Part shown: positions 35,001 through 43,730 of the stretch, in pieces | Layout: every line of letters begins with the position of its first letter | Position numbering within the stretch: position 1 is the first letter of the stretch | DNA from: Gemmatimonadota bacterium | GTDB lineage: Bacteria > Latescibacterota > UBA2968 > UBA8231 | Direction: 5' to 3' | Assembly: GCA_038153405.1 (NCBI GenBank) | Contig: JAYOYH010000007.1 | Location: 63,234-127,233, forward strand | Length of the DNA: 64,000 nucleotides | Program-made: the position numbers and the translations under genes | Notes under the pieces: model-generated | What the model was told of the DNA's origin: nothing | Database searches by the model: none | Seen by the model: only the letters and a program-made list of their open reading frames with translations

Positions 35001-36672
35001 TCAAAGTTATTTGAAGTACTATCAGATTCCGCGTCCTAACGCCCCAAGCTATGAAGGTGCTCTGCTGCGCGATCGCGGTTGGAAGGGCATGCAGCTTTCT
35101 GTGCTCGACTATGCGGAGAGCGCTTTCGGCAGCGAGGGCCAGGTGCTGCCGCGCTCCTGGCTGTCGACCCACCTGATTGGCGAGCGCGCCTACATCGATG
35201 TGCAGCGCCGGGAGACAGGGGCCGAAAGCTTTGCCTTCGCTATGATGGGCGTGGTCCCTGCGGAGCGCGATCTGATGGGGTATGGCGATATGCTGGTCGG
35301 TGCGGAGAGTCGCTTTTTTGCCGAAGGGGAGCGCGACGTATGCATTTTGCCCCAGGCGCTGGCCGAAATTCTCGGCATCGGCGCGCAGGACGTCGGCCGC
35401 GTCGAGGTGTGGATCATGGGACAGGCCTACCGCGTTATCGGCTTAATCGACGGGGAGCAAATCGATGTGCTGCGCGATTTGGACAACGAGAGTCCCATGC
35501 CGGTCGATACGGTGGCCGAGGCGCAGAAAATGCAAGAAATGGCCAATCTCGACCCGCGCCTGATGGATACGGCGGCCATCGAAACCTTTACGCACCTGCT
35601 GGCCAACAACGTCGTTTTATTGCCCTATCAGAAGGTGATTGATCTGGGGGGCACGCTGCGCTCAATCGCCCTGGCCGACTTTTCCGACCGCCAGGTTCTG
35701 CTCGACGAGGTCGAAGACTTTGTGTCTCGGGTGGCCGTTCCGCTCTTTGTCGGCGCCGACGAGCGCGTGCGGGTCTATACTTCAATGGGTTCGGCGTCGC
35801 TGTCGGGGATGGGCAACCTGTTCGTGCCGATGCTCATCGCCGCGCTGATCGTCCTCAATACCATGTTGGGTTCGGTCTATGAGCGCTCGTCGGAAATTGG
35901 CGTATACAGTTCGGTGGGGCTGGCCCCCGGGCACATTTCCTCGCTCTTTATCGCCGAGAGTATGGTATTTGCCATCGTCGGCGCGGTGCTGGGCTATCTC
36001 GTCGGCCAGTCGACTACCCTCTTGCTAACGCGCTACGAACTGCTGGGGGGGATGTTTCTCAACTACTCATCGCTTTCGGCCATCACCTCGACGCTGATCG
36101 TCATGGCCACCGTAGTTCTTTCCACGCTCTATCCGGCCCGCAAAGCGGCGTCGATGTCCGTGCCCGATGTGACGCGGCGCTGGACCTTTCCCGAACCCGA
36201 CGGCGATCGCTGGCAGTTCGACTTTCCCTTTACGCTGGCGCGCAACGATGCGCTGGGCAGCGGGGCTTACCTGCACCGGGTATTTTCCTCCTACGGCGAG
36301 GGATCGGTGGGCGATTTCATGACCGAAGACGTGGCGTTTCGTCGGGAGCGCGGCGGAGCCGATCCGATTTACGCACTCGAACTCATGGTTTGGCTAGCTC
36401 CCTACGATTTGGGCGTGAGTCAGCGCGTCGTCTTGCGCATGCTGCCGACGGAGGATATCGCCGGCATCTATCGCATCGAAATGCAGATAGAGCGGATCAG
36501 CGGCGACGTGGCCTCGTGGAAGCGACTCAATTCAGGTTTCCTCAACGTGCTGCGCAAGCGCTTTCTCGTATGGCGCACTATTCCCCAGGAAATGCGCGCA
36601 GCATACCGGCAGCAGGGAGACGAATTGGCCGAGGCATCCACCGTGCCGCAGGGGGCATCTGCCCGCACTTAG
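32053..36672 (+). CDS. Giant fusion: degenerate M28-peptidase-like/PA domain + membrane region + FtsX/MacB-like permease
   Basis: Start placed at ATG 32053 (GGGAG RBS). GSRVTGYPG...AYEYI and GPLVYGG (PA domain); VQAYYDAMS...PGAENAAG; SNLRKRKVRTLLT; VLNTMLGSVYERSSEIGVYSSVGLAP...FIAES (FtsX signature). Confidence 0.8.
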   Translation: MKKLLSGAVLVFALGMVLALAVGDPQRINTRVNAFFGWEPTPPRAERLVGEEEAGALRALVSGIRRQDVAAEIEHFAAMGSRVTGYPGERRAYEYIRDRFAELGLDDVRSEAFSVTVPIDKGGQLHLPNGQVKELYSLWPNGVRTPSLPAGGIRGPLVYGGKGTLEEVDGKVLDGAIVLLDFDGGQNYLNLATLGVRAVVFFDNGGVNREQAADKFLKVSVDVPRFWIERQDALALVDELQRNSVQVRVEAQMDWEAVEARNIYGWLPGSEAMMPPKSREGDQAWREQVIVVQAYYDAMSVVPARAPGAENAAGIVALLKLAETLREQRPQYSVLFLATSGHFQGLEGINDFLYRHSRGSEYFRERMADAERIDFDLMLSLDLSSHGQRSASFGMGTFYNPEWQTDNYVKYMLTPYSKRLSQAIEEIFADSTRHYEGIAPPKRTWKNFMPIPLAFASEAAAFVGQKALALATANDARRAVDTPLDVPEAMNLDNLTRQIRTLAAMLAWAGRDAELLKPGKLELEDYGHSLAGSIYWFDRDVNFAVPKSPVAGALVTYQQQGPNSVAGVRTLMVRKADDEGRFRFDIMRNRYENTIKAYEIDARGQIVSAPDMGQEGDETYPMAHPWGWWENEMLQVLFKCRALSLFETVDSRYLSVLDHVTVLDDRDGVPQSWGADYVERQSNEEGKVTLASVVYAQPGTRVKVLMSTSLFGVRYLLSGAPDALLENPVQPEEVDEGVLKRALGNGYPIDAGTVLRPSYAAARDMWTLDDARIKQLARYGVRNDKFMRLHEEARAALMAAREHLDALRYSQYKASTREAWGLEGRGYPDIKATADDTVYGVIFYFALLLPFSFCCERLFFGFADVRRQMLGAALFFLGIFLLMRFIHPAFKLSSSPYIIFLAFVIFAIGGTALMMILGRFTREVSQRKRASAGVHETDIGRISATAAAVALGISNLRKRKVRTLLTVVTLTLLTFTAQAFTSVQSYLKYYQIPRPNAPSYEGALLRDRGWKGMQLSVLDYAESAFGSEGQVLPRSWLSTHLIGERAYIDVQRRETGAESFAFAMMGVVPAERDLMGYGDMLVGAESRFFAEGERDVCILPQALAEILGIGAQDVGRVEVWIMGQAYRVIGLIDGEQIDVLRDLDNESPMPVDTVAEAQKMQEMANLDPRLMDTAAIETFTHLLANNVVLLPYQKVIDLGGTLRSIALADFSDRQVLLDEVEDFVSRVAVPLFVGADERVRVYTSMGSASLSGMGNLFVPMLIAALIVLNTMLGSVYERSSEIGVYSSVGLAPGHISSLFIAESMVFAIVGAVLGYLVGQSTTLLLTRYELLGGMFLNYSSLSAITSTLIVMATVVLSTLYPARKAASMSVPDVTRRWTFPEPDGDRWQFDFPFTLARNDALGSGAYLHRVFSSYGEGSVGDFMTEDVAFRRERGGADPIYALELMVWLAPYDLGVSQRVVLRMLPTEDIAGIYRIEMQIERISGDVASWKRLNSGFLNVLRKRFLVWRTIPQEMRAAYRQQGDELAEASTVPQGASART

Positions 36673-37712
36673 AGGAGCACTTCGCGCCCGCTGCGCGCCG
36701 ACTCGTAGCAGGCGTCGATGACCTTTTGCAAGTTGAGGAGTTGGCGCGCATCCTGCATATCCCACGTTTTGCCGCTTAGCAGATTGTCGACGATTGCTGC
36801 GTCTTGGGCGTGCACGCTGTCAAACCAGTTGTCGCCGGCCAGTTCGGGGGTGCGGTCGACGACCTCGCCCTCTTCGTCGACGAGGACCGAGAAGGGCGCA
36901 CCGGTTATCGTGCCCTTTTCCGCTGTGAGCTGAAAGCTGTGAAAGTCCGTCACTTCGCTGCACCAGTTGCCCTCGAGCGCTAAATAACTGCCGTTGTCAA
37001 AGCGCACAAAGGCCCCCAGCAGGTCTTCGGCATCGTAGCGGGCGTGCACGTGTTTGCCCAGCTTGGGGCCGCGCTTAGTGGGAAAGAGGCGCGAAGTGGA
37101 AGCGCTTACGGACACGGGATTGGGCGAGAGACTGACCCACATGACGAGATCCAGCGTGTGCACCAAGGTCGAGGCCAGCACGCCGCCGCCCGAGGTGGCC
37201 AAGTGGTAGTGTGGGGCCCAGGCCGGCGGAACGGTATGGCAGCCCCAAGCCTTTAAATACACGGGGTTCCCCAATGCGCCTTCGACCATGAGCTTGCGCG
37301 CATGCTGCGAGGAGGGCAGGTGGCGCATATTGGTGCCCAATTGCACCTGCCGACCAACCTTTTGGGCCCTTTGAAGCACCTCTGTAGCTTCTTCCGAATT
37401 CATCATAAAAGGCTTTTCGCACAGGATATTGGCTCCTGCATCAAGGCTGGCCAATGCCATGAGACAATGCGTATTGGGCATGGTGGCAATAATGACCAAA
37501 TCGAGCGCGTCTCCCTCGAGCATGGTTCGGTAGTCGTTGGCTTTGCGCGCCTCGGGCCACTGCTGACCGGCCGCTTCTAAGCGCTCTGCATCGAGGTCGC
37601 ATAGGGCGGTAACGGTGACGCGCTCTTCTCCGATTGCTTGGAGACCGCGGAAGTGGACGTTGGCCTGGGTGCCGCAGCCGATCATGCCGATGCGGATGGG
37701 TGAGTTTGCCAT
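36669..37712 (-). CDS. Gfo/Idh/MocA family NAD(P)-dependent oxidoreductase
   Basis: Start placed at ATG 37712. IGMIGCG, ILCEKP, GGGVLASTLVHTLD. Confidence 0.9.
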   Translation of the reverse strand: MANSPIRIGMIGCGTQANVHFRGLQAIGEERVTVTALCDLDAERLEAAGQQWPEARKANDYRTMLEGDALDLVIIATMPNTHCLMALASLDAGANILCEKPFMMNSEEATEVLQRAQKVGRQVQLGTNMRHLPSSQHARKLMVEGALGNPVYLKAWGCHTVPPAWAPHYHLATSGGGVLASTLVHTLDLVMWVSLSPNPVSVSASTSRLFPTKRGPKLGKHVHARYDAEDLLGAFVRFDNGSYLALEGNWCSEVTDFHSFQLTAEKGTITGAPFSVLVDEEGEVVDRTPELAGDNWFDSVHAQDAAIVDNLLSGKTWDMQDARQLLNLQKVIDACYESARSGREVLL

Positions 37713-37808
37713 GTTCGTATGCCTTCTTGGCGATAGGGGTATTCGGCTTACATCTGTGGTGTGGAATTGTAGGTAAGCATATGGCACCTGCGCAAGGCGA
37801 TGCAGGGC

Positions 37809-38498
37809 CTAATCGACATATTCCGTGCGTTCGGAGTTGAGCAGGTCGCGCACGGACTCAATATTGTCCTGGCCTAAGCGGACGCTTCGGGTCAGGTCTT
37901 CTTCGGCCTGCCGCACCGCGGGTAGTTTTTGGCATACGGCATCGAGTTGATCGCGCGGAATGACAACGACGCCGTCGCGATCGGCCACGGCGACTTCGCC
38001 CGAATCGACGCAGGTGCCTCCCATAACCACGGGTAGCCCCACCGTACCGGGCCCGTTGCGCGTGCAGGAATTGGGGGTGATACCCATGCAAAAGGTGGGG
38101 ATGCCCACGGGTATGATACCGTCTATATCGCGCATGAGTCCATCCGTCACAAAGCCGACAATGCCTTTGTTGCGCGCCATCGACAGCATAATATCACCAG
38201 CTACGCAGGTTTTGGTAAAGGTATCGGTAGCCACGAAAAGGGCGTCGCCTGGCTGGGCCAATTCAAGCGCGGCAAAAACGGCCAGATTATCCCCTGGACC
38301 CGGGTGACAGGTGACGATGGGGGCGGTGAGTTTGCAGTTGTGCGGATCGAGGGCCTTGATGCGGTAGTCGAGGGCGCCGCGGCCATTCATGCAGTCTACG
38401 ATAAAGCCGGTAGGGGTATTGCGCAGCGCGCGCAAAATAGAACTGTCGGGCCGCGGAATATGGCGGCGCACCGTAAGTAGGGGAGGATCTTTGATCAT
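37809..38498 (-). CDS. RraA-like/HMG-CHA aldolase family protein
   Basis: PGDNLAV...PGD, AGDIM...ARNKGIVGFVTDGLMRD, ADRDGVVVIP. Confidence 0.88.
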   Translation of the reverse strand: MIKDPPLLTVRRHIPRPDSSILRALRNTPTGFIVDCMNGRGALDYRIKALDPHNCKLTAPIVTCHPGPGDNLAVFAALELAQPGDALFVATDTFTKTCVAGDIMLSMARNKGIVGFVTDGLMRDIDGIIPVGIPTFCMGITPNSCTRNGPGTVGLPVVMGGTCVDSGEVAVADRDGVVVIPRDQLDAVCQKLPAVRQAEEDLTRSVRLGQDNIESVRDLLNSERTEYVD

Positions 38499-38625
38499 TG
38501 GGTTATCTCCGTGTGGGCGCTGCGTTTTCTACATAAAAAGTGGATGAGATAAAGTAGCTAAGCATGGGGTAAACGGCGATGGCTTGGCTCCCCATGTATG
38601 TCTGAATCGACCTCGGACAGAAGGC

Positions 38626-39717
38626 TTAGTGGGCAATGACTACCTGAGCCGGGTTGATTGCCCCATAGCGGCCCTTATTCGCGGTGATTTCAAAGGCCTC
38701 CGGCACCTTGTCGAGGCCCTCCAATAGGTGGCGAATGGTAGGCTTCATGGAAATGCGGCCAGTGGCGACTAGGCGCACGGTGTATTCGAGGTGGGCCTGC
38801 GAACTGATATCGGGAAAGAGGTAGCGCAGGCTGCGCTCGCGGAAGACGTCGATATCCAATTCCAGCGGGGTGCCAAACCACGAAACGCCGACCAGTTTGC
38901 CGCCCGAGCGCACCGAATACAGGGCCTGTTTTAGGGCGCGGTCACCGGCCAGGCCTTGTTTGGGACTGCCGCCGGCGCACTCAAATACCACGTCGGCCCC
39001 CTCGCCTCCAGTTAGGTCGAGGATGGCTTCGACCGGATTGCAGTCGCTGGCGTTAATGGCGTGGTCCGCTCCCAATGCGCGCGAAAGCTGGCAGGCTTCG
39101 GGGCGCACGTCGACAGTGATAAGCTGACCGGCTCCGCAGGCGCGGGCCGCTTGCATGCTCTCAATGCCCATGCTACCCTGACCAAATATGACCACGCTAT
39201 CGCCGGGGCGTATTTGCGCCGTTTCGACACCGGCTATGCTGTCGCTCAGCGACTGCAGCGTCGCCGCTTCGCTGTCCGAGATGCGCTCGTCGACCTTTAC
39301 TAGCGAAATGGCCGGTAGCAGGGCGCGCTCGGCAAAGCAGCCGGGCAGTTGAAACCCGATAATGGGGCCCTTGCGACAGTCGTTGCCGCGCTCGGAGCGG
39401 CACATCGGGCACAGCCCGCAGGGCAGTTTGGCGCGGGCGGCCACGCGGTCGCCAACGGCGTAACCCTCTACGTCCGTGCCCACTTCGACTATGCGCGCGC
39501 AAAACTCGTGCCCGAATAGCTGCAGCGGGGCGTCGCGCTCTAAGCGCCGTTTGGTCTGCTCGTACGCAAGGGTCGGTATGCCGAAGGCCAACTGTGCTTC
39601 AGTAACGCTCGGCTGCACGACGAGAGGTTCCACCAATACGTGGTCTGCCGGACAGGTGGGCATGTCGATATCGTCCAAGCGCATATCGCCAAATGCGTAA
39701 AATCGCCATGCTTTCAT
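38626..39717 (-). CDS. MDR (zinc-binding alcohol dehydrogenase-like) oxidoreductase
   Basis: FGHEFC, structural-Zn motif CGLCPMC...C, GQGSMG, GADVVFECAG; catalytic Cys position reads VQPSVTE. Confidence 0.88.
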   Translation of the reverse strand: MKAWRFYAFGDMRLDDIDMPTCPADHVLVEPLVVQPSVTEAQLAFGIPTLAYEQTKRRLERDAPLQLFGHEFCARIVEVGTDVEGYAVGDRVAARAKLPCGLCPMCRSERGNDCRKGPIIGFQLPGCFAERALLPAISLVKVDERISDSEAATLQSLSDSIAGVETAQIRPGDSVVIFGQGSMGIESMQAARACGAGQLITVDVRPEACQLSRALGADHAINASDCNPVEAILDLTGGEGADVVFECAGGSPKQGLAGDRALKQALYSVRSGGKLVGVSWFGTPLELDIDVFRERSLRYLFPDISSQAHLEYTVRLVATGRISMKPTIRHLLEGLDKVPEAFEITANKGRYGAINPAQVVIAH

Positions 39718-39835
39718 AGGGTTTCTCCGGTGAAATAGGTAGCAGCAAGGTAGGGTTTAGCACGCTGGGCAACAAGGGTCTTGCTGCGCTTTCTGCAAAG
39801 GGGGAAATTACAGCAAATATCTCTGGAGGTTACCA

Positions 39836-40651
39836 TTGAACACGCACCCAACTTTTCGCTCCGATCAGCGCGGTGAGATCCTCAACTTTTTTCGCAGCCA
39901 GCAATACGCCGTTGTCGGCGATGCTCTTTGCGCGACGGAAGTGGCCGAACTCAACCAATTGGTCGACCGCTCCAAGGCGCACTATCCTGCTCTGTGGGGC
40001 ATCGGCAGCGCCGATATCCACACGCACGGCCAGATCCTCGTCGACCATCCGGAAATGGATCCCTTTGCCCGCCACCCGCTGGCGCTGGGGTTGGTAAAGG
40101 ACCTCTTGGGGCCAGAGCCGCGCTTCGCGCAAATAGATTTTCGCGACGTGCCGCCGGGCGTTGGCGAGAAGGCGGCGCTGCCCTTCCATCGCGATCGCGG
40201 ATTCGTGCCGGCTGCCTTTTGGCAAGAAAATCTACTTCAATGCGCGTACGTATGCGCCATCTACTACTTGAGCGATGTGGGGGATGGGGACACCTGTTTT
40301 TGCGTGGTGCCCAACAGCCATCCTTATCCGAGTCGCGAAGAGGCCGCGCTGCAGATGGGGGATGCATACGTAGAAATTCCCATTCGCGGATCTGCGGGCA
40401 CGATGGTGCTCTACAACATAGCGATATACCACACGCGGGTGCTCGGCCAGAGGGATGCCGGACGCCGCACGATGCATCACTACTTCAGTCGCGAGGGGAA
40501 TCCGCCCCTGACCAATTGGGCGCTGGTGCCGCGCCGTTTGGCCCAACACGAAGACGGCGAGACGCGCACCTACTACAGCCAGTGGACCGAGGCGATGCAG
40601 GTCTATGCAGAAGCGGGTTTTAGCCGTGCCGATACAGACGGAAAGAAATAG
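39836..40651 (+). CDS. Phytanoyl-CoA dioxygenase (PhyH)-like Fe(II)/2OG dioxygenase
   Basis: PFHRD (HxD), VVPNSH, AGTMVLYNIAIYH, RRT. Confidence 0.85.
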   Translation: MNTHPTFRSDQRGEILNFFRSQQYAVVGDALCATEVAELNQLVDRSKAHYPALWGIGSADIHTHGQILVDHPEMDPFARHPLALGLVKDLLGPEPRFAQIDFRDVPPGVGEKAALPFHRDRGFVPAAFWQENLLQCAYVCAIYYLSDVGDGDTCFCVVPNSHPYPSREEAALQMGDAYVEIPIRGSAGTMVLYNIAIYHTRVLGQRDAGRRTMHHYFSREGNPPLTNWALVPRRLAQHEDGETRTYYSQWTEAMQVYAEAGFSRADTDGKK

Positions 40652-40657
40652 ACGGTG

Positions 40658-42664
40658 CTACCCGTGCAAAATGGGATGGCCGTTGCCGGGAAAAAAAATC
40701 ATATCGACGATAAAGGAGATGCCGACCCCGCTAAAGTGGCCTATGATAAGGCCTAGGAAAAAAGGAGCGGCCTTGCGATAGAGATCGATGCCGCCGAAGC
40801 GCATAATGAGACTTTTAGCCGCCCAGGCGATAAAGATGGCTGCCGCCTGATTGCGAATCATCCACACGGAAGATATGGCCAATCCAACGGGGTGGAGCGG
40901 CCACCATGGAAAGCGGTACTGCAAAAAAGTCAGGACCGACATAGCCGCCGAGCCGATGGCAAAGAACGTCAGCTTTTGCGCGTGAAAATCGGCTGGACTC
41001 TTGATCTTAGCCATGACGTCGTCAAACGAGCGCACGCCGGCGCCGGAGGATACGCGGAAGAACCACGAGTTGAAATTCGATGCGCCCTGATCGTAGGCCA
41101 TAGTGATGACATAGGCCAGCGTGGAGAAAAAGCCAACGCCTAGAGCCAGAATAATGGCTAGCCCTAGGCCGCGTCGGGTCATGCGCATGGCGTCGTGCAG
41201 GCGGGCAGCGTGGGCGGCCGAGGGCATAAAGATCGACTGTACGTCTCCGAAGAAAGAGTAGCTCAGGCCGAGGGCCGCTAAACCGCTGGGATTTATGGAG
41301 GCCGTTCCCAGCGTCATCATGGTCATCGCCTGGCTAACGATGGGCGTGGTCATATAAAATACGCCGGTCTGCACCACTAGGCGCGTTATGCCTAGGTAGG
41401 CGATGAGTACGCCGGCCAGAAAAAAAGCGGCCACCGAAAACTCCATGCCCGCTCGGTAGAGCCAGGCCAGCATGTAGGAAACGCCGAGGAGCAATCCCAC
41501 GCTGGCGGCGCGATAGGACATCAACTCGCGCGAGTCGTCGATCTCTATGCTGGTATTCCACGCTTTGCGCGCCACGTCTTTGAGGTGGTCGCGCGCCATC
41601 CACAGGCTCCACAGCACCAGCGTTACAAAGGCCCCCCAGCACTGCCACGACGTCGAGGGAAGGCCCCAGACAAAGGTATCGCCCTCCGTTACGCCCAAAC
41701 CAAAGCGGTTGAAGAGTCCTTCCTCGAGCATAGTGAGGATAAAGAAAAACCATATGCTAAACGTGATGTTTAGGTTGGCAAAATACATAAAGCCAACCAC
41801 GGGGAAGTAGTAGCGGATATTGATCGTTGGAAAGCCGTGGGCTATCTGTATGGGGTGTTCCCAGGCGATCGTGGGAAAGAAGTGAAAGAAGAAGCCGACG
41901 ATATTCCACAGGGCAATAAAGAGGGGAATGGCGGCACCGGCCCAGAACACTTTGTTGCGCATGATGGCCGGCAGCAGAGAGGGCGAATCTGCATCGGCGA
42001 CGAGGGCTTGGGGCACTTCCATCAGCGGGTAGGCCAGCCGTTCGCGCTCGACCCACTGCTTGCGCAGGATGACGACGAGGCAGAAGCAGACCAAGTAGAG
42101 GGTCCAGATAAAGCTCAGCCACCAAAACATCGGCATAGTCCAGGCGTTGAGCAGGGTGCTCCAAGGAATGGGCTCGCCAATGGGAAGACCCTCGAAGAAC
42201 CAGGTCATGGCTAGCCCCTCGTTCGAGGGGAGCAGCCAGGCGGGAAGGTGGGGCAGAACGTGAGTGCCCCACTGATTTTCCGCCGAGGCGAAATAGTAGG
42301 GCGTCGTCGGAATGGACAGAACGAAGCCCATCATGAAAATGGGTATACCGGTGGTGACTAGACCCATGACGACGACGGTAATCATCTCAGCCGGTTGCAG
42401 CGCCCAGCGCGGGTTGAGGGCTTTGAGCAGGGCGTTGAGGCCAATGAGGCAGACAAAGAAAAAGCCGACGGCAATGGGAAAGAATGACCAAGTAATTTCA
42501 GACGAACCCAGCACCCAGATGGCATAGGGCGCGCCTAGGCACACGACGAGGACCTGCAGCAGGCCCAGCAGCAGGGAGCGCAGCGTCAGTCCGCTGGTCA
42601 AGCCAGACTGTGCGGAGGGCTCGCCGTCTGATGGATCAGATACGGGCATTGTAGAATTGGGCAC
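40658..42664 (-). CDS. DUF6785/DUF6784-like polytopic membrane protein, copy 2
   Basis: SSEITWSFFP, RKQWVERERLAYPL, ELMSYR, FGDVQS.FMP, WWPLHPVG, RFGG..LYRKAAPFFLGL. Confidence 0.75.
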   Translation of the reverse strand: MPNSTMPVSDPSDGEPSAQSGLTSGLTLRSLLLGLLQVLVVCLGAPYAIWVLGSSEITWSFFPIAVGFFFVCLIGLNALLKALNPRWALQPAEMITVVVMGLVTTGIPIFMMGFVLSIPTTPYYFASAENQWGTHVLPHLPAWLLPSNEGLAMTWFFEGLPIGEPIPWSTLLNAWTMPMFWWLSFIWTLYLVCFCLVVILRKQWVERERLAYPLMEVPQALVADADSPSLLPAIMRNKVFWAGAAIPLFIALWNIVGFFFHFFPTIAWEHPIQIAHGFPTINIRYYFPVVGFMYFANLNITFSIWFFFILTMLEEGLFNRFGLGVTEGDTFVWGLPSTSWQCWGAFVTLVLWSLWMARDHLKDVARKAWNTSIEIDDSRELMSYRAASVGLLLGVSYMLAWLYRAGMEFSVAAFFLAGVLIAYLGITRLVVQTGVFYMTTPIVSQAMTMMTLGTASINPSGLAALGLSYSFFGDVQSIFMPSAAHAARLHDAMRMTRRGLGLAIILALGVGFFSTLAYVITMAYDQGASNFNSWFFRVSSGAGVRSFDDVMAKIKSPADFHAQKLTFFAIGSAAMSVLTFLQYRFPWWPLHPVGLAISSVWMIRNQAAAIFIAWAAKSLIMRFGGIDLYRKAAPFFLGLIIGHFSGVGISFIVDMIFFPGNGHPILHG

Positions 42665-42739
42665 GGTAAACTCTCGTTTTAGGTCGCGTCAAGATATTTT
42701 CCATAGGGACAGACGTCAATGTCGTTGGGGCGGGGTCGA

Positions 42740-43552
42740 TTACTCGGGCAGTCGTCCCAGCGGCGTTTGCGGTCCCGTCAGCACCGCGTGGCCCCAAGTG
42801 CTGTCGTCATCGCCGTTGCCATAGATCATAAAGTGTCCACCGTAGGGGCCGCCGTCGGGATCGGTGTGGACGATTTCCATGCTGTATTCATCGCCGACCT
42901 GCGGCGGCTGCCAGCGCGGGTCACTCTGGCCAAAGGTCGCCGCCATATCCACGCGGGCTTCCAAGACAAAATCACCGGCATGGCCGCTAAAGCGAACCTG
43001 CCATTCAACGGCGGGAATGGTTTCCTCTACGTAGGATTTGCCCGGTGCGCCGTGCCGCCACCAGGCATGCGAAGGCTTTTGCTCGGTAGAAGCGGTAAAG
43101 CAAAAGGCATTGTCGCCCTGGGCAAAAAGTTCAGGGGCGCGATCGCGGGGCCCTTCCATGAACCAGCAGATCGCATCGCGAAAATACCAGCGCTTATCGG
43201 CTGGCTGTGGGTCATCTACATCGTTTACATTATCGCTTACTTCGGCGCCAAAGTAGAAGTGCGTGGCATCCCAAGCGGCGTAGTAGCGCGCGCTGAGGTC
43301 CTCTTCTATGGGGCCTTCATCACCGTGGTTGGTGAGGCGGTTGCGTGCTCCTCGGTCGAGTGCGTAGGGTGCCGATTGGCTGATGCGCCGCATATCCCAC
43401 ACGCCATCGCTGTGCGCGCGATCTTTCCATTCGCTCAGATCACCATCAATCGACGGAGGCGCGAGCAAGAGGGGGATGCGCAGTGGAGTCGGCGATTCGA
43501 ATGCCCAGAGCGTGGCCGGTACGAGCAGTGCTACGATTGCAATATTGATCAT
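42740..43552 (-). CDS. Exported CBM9/DOMON-like sugar-binding protein
   Basis: Start placed at ATG 43552 (GGAG RBS). Signal peptide; PPSIDGDLSEW, DLSARYYAAWDATHFYFGAEVSD, WYFRDAI, FVLEARV. Confidence 0.75.
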   Translation of the reverse strand: MINIAIVALLVPATLWAFESPTPLRIPLLLAPPSIDGDLSEWKDRAHSDGVWDMRRISQSAPYALDRGARNRLTNHGDEGPIEEDLSARYYAAWDATHFYFGAEVSDNVNDVDDPQPADKRWYFRDAICWFMEGPRDRAPELFAQGDNAFCFTASTEQKPSHAWWRHGAPGKSYVEETIPAVEWQVRFSGHAGDFVLEARVDMAATFGQSDPRWQPPQVGDEYSMEIVHTDPDGGPYGGHFMIYGNGDDDSTWGHAVLTGPQTPLGRLPE

Positions 43553-43730
43553 GAACGTCACTCCATTGTTGGAAGGATACTATACGCAAAAAAGGAGAAA
43601 ACGGCGAGTGAGTATGGTCATTAGGGTAGGGAAGGAATGGCTACAGTGACGCTCATTTTGCCGATTCACCTTGCAAGTAATGCGACCACTCGCTATATAT
43701 AACGCCGTGAATAGAACGAAGAAAAATGCG

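Noticed and set aside
34940..35060. Locally AT-richer patch inside the M28-FtsX gene
   Set aside because: Reading frame is intact and encodes the expected TM/MacB-start segment; no evidence of an insertion.
42719..43624. 301-aa plus-strand ORF
   Set aside because: Antisense shadow of the CBM9-like gene; no motifs; long shadow ORFs are expected at this GC content.
43671..43699. Possible promoter TTGCAA-17-TATATA upstream of the ABC cluster
   Set aside because: Plausible, but the match is too weak to list as a feature without TSS data.
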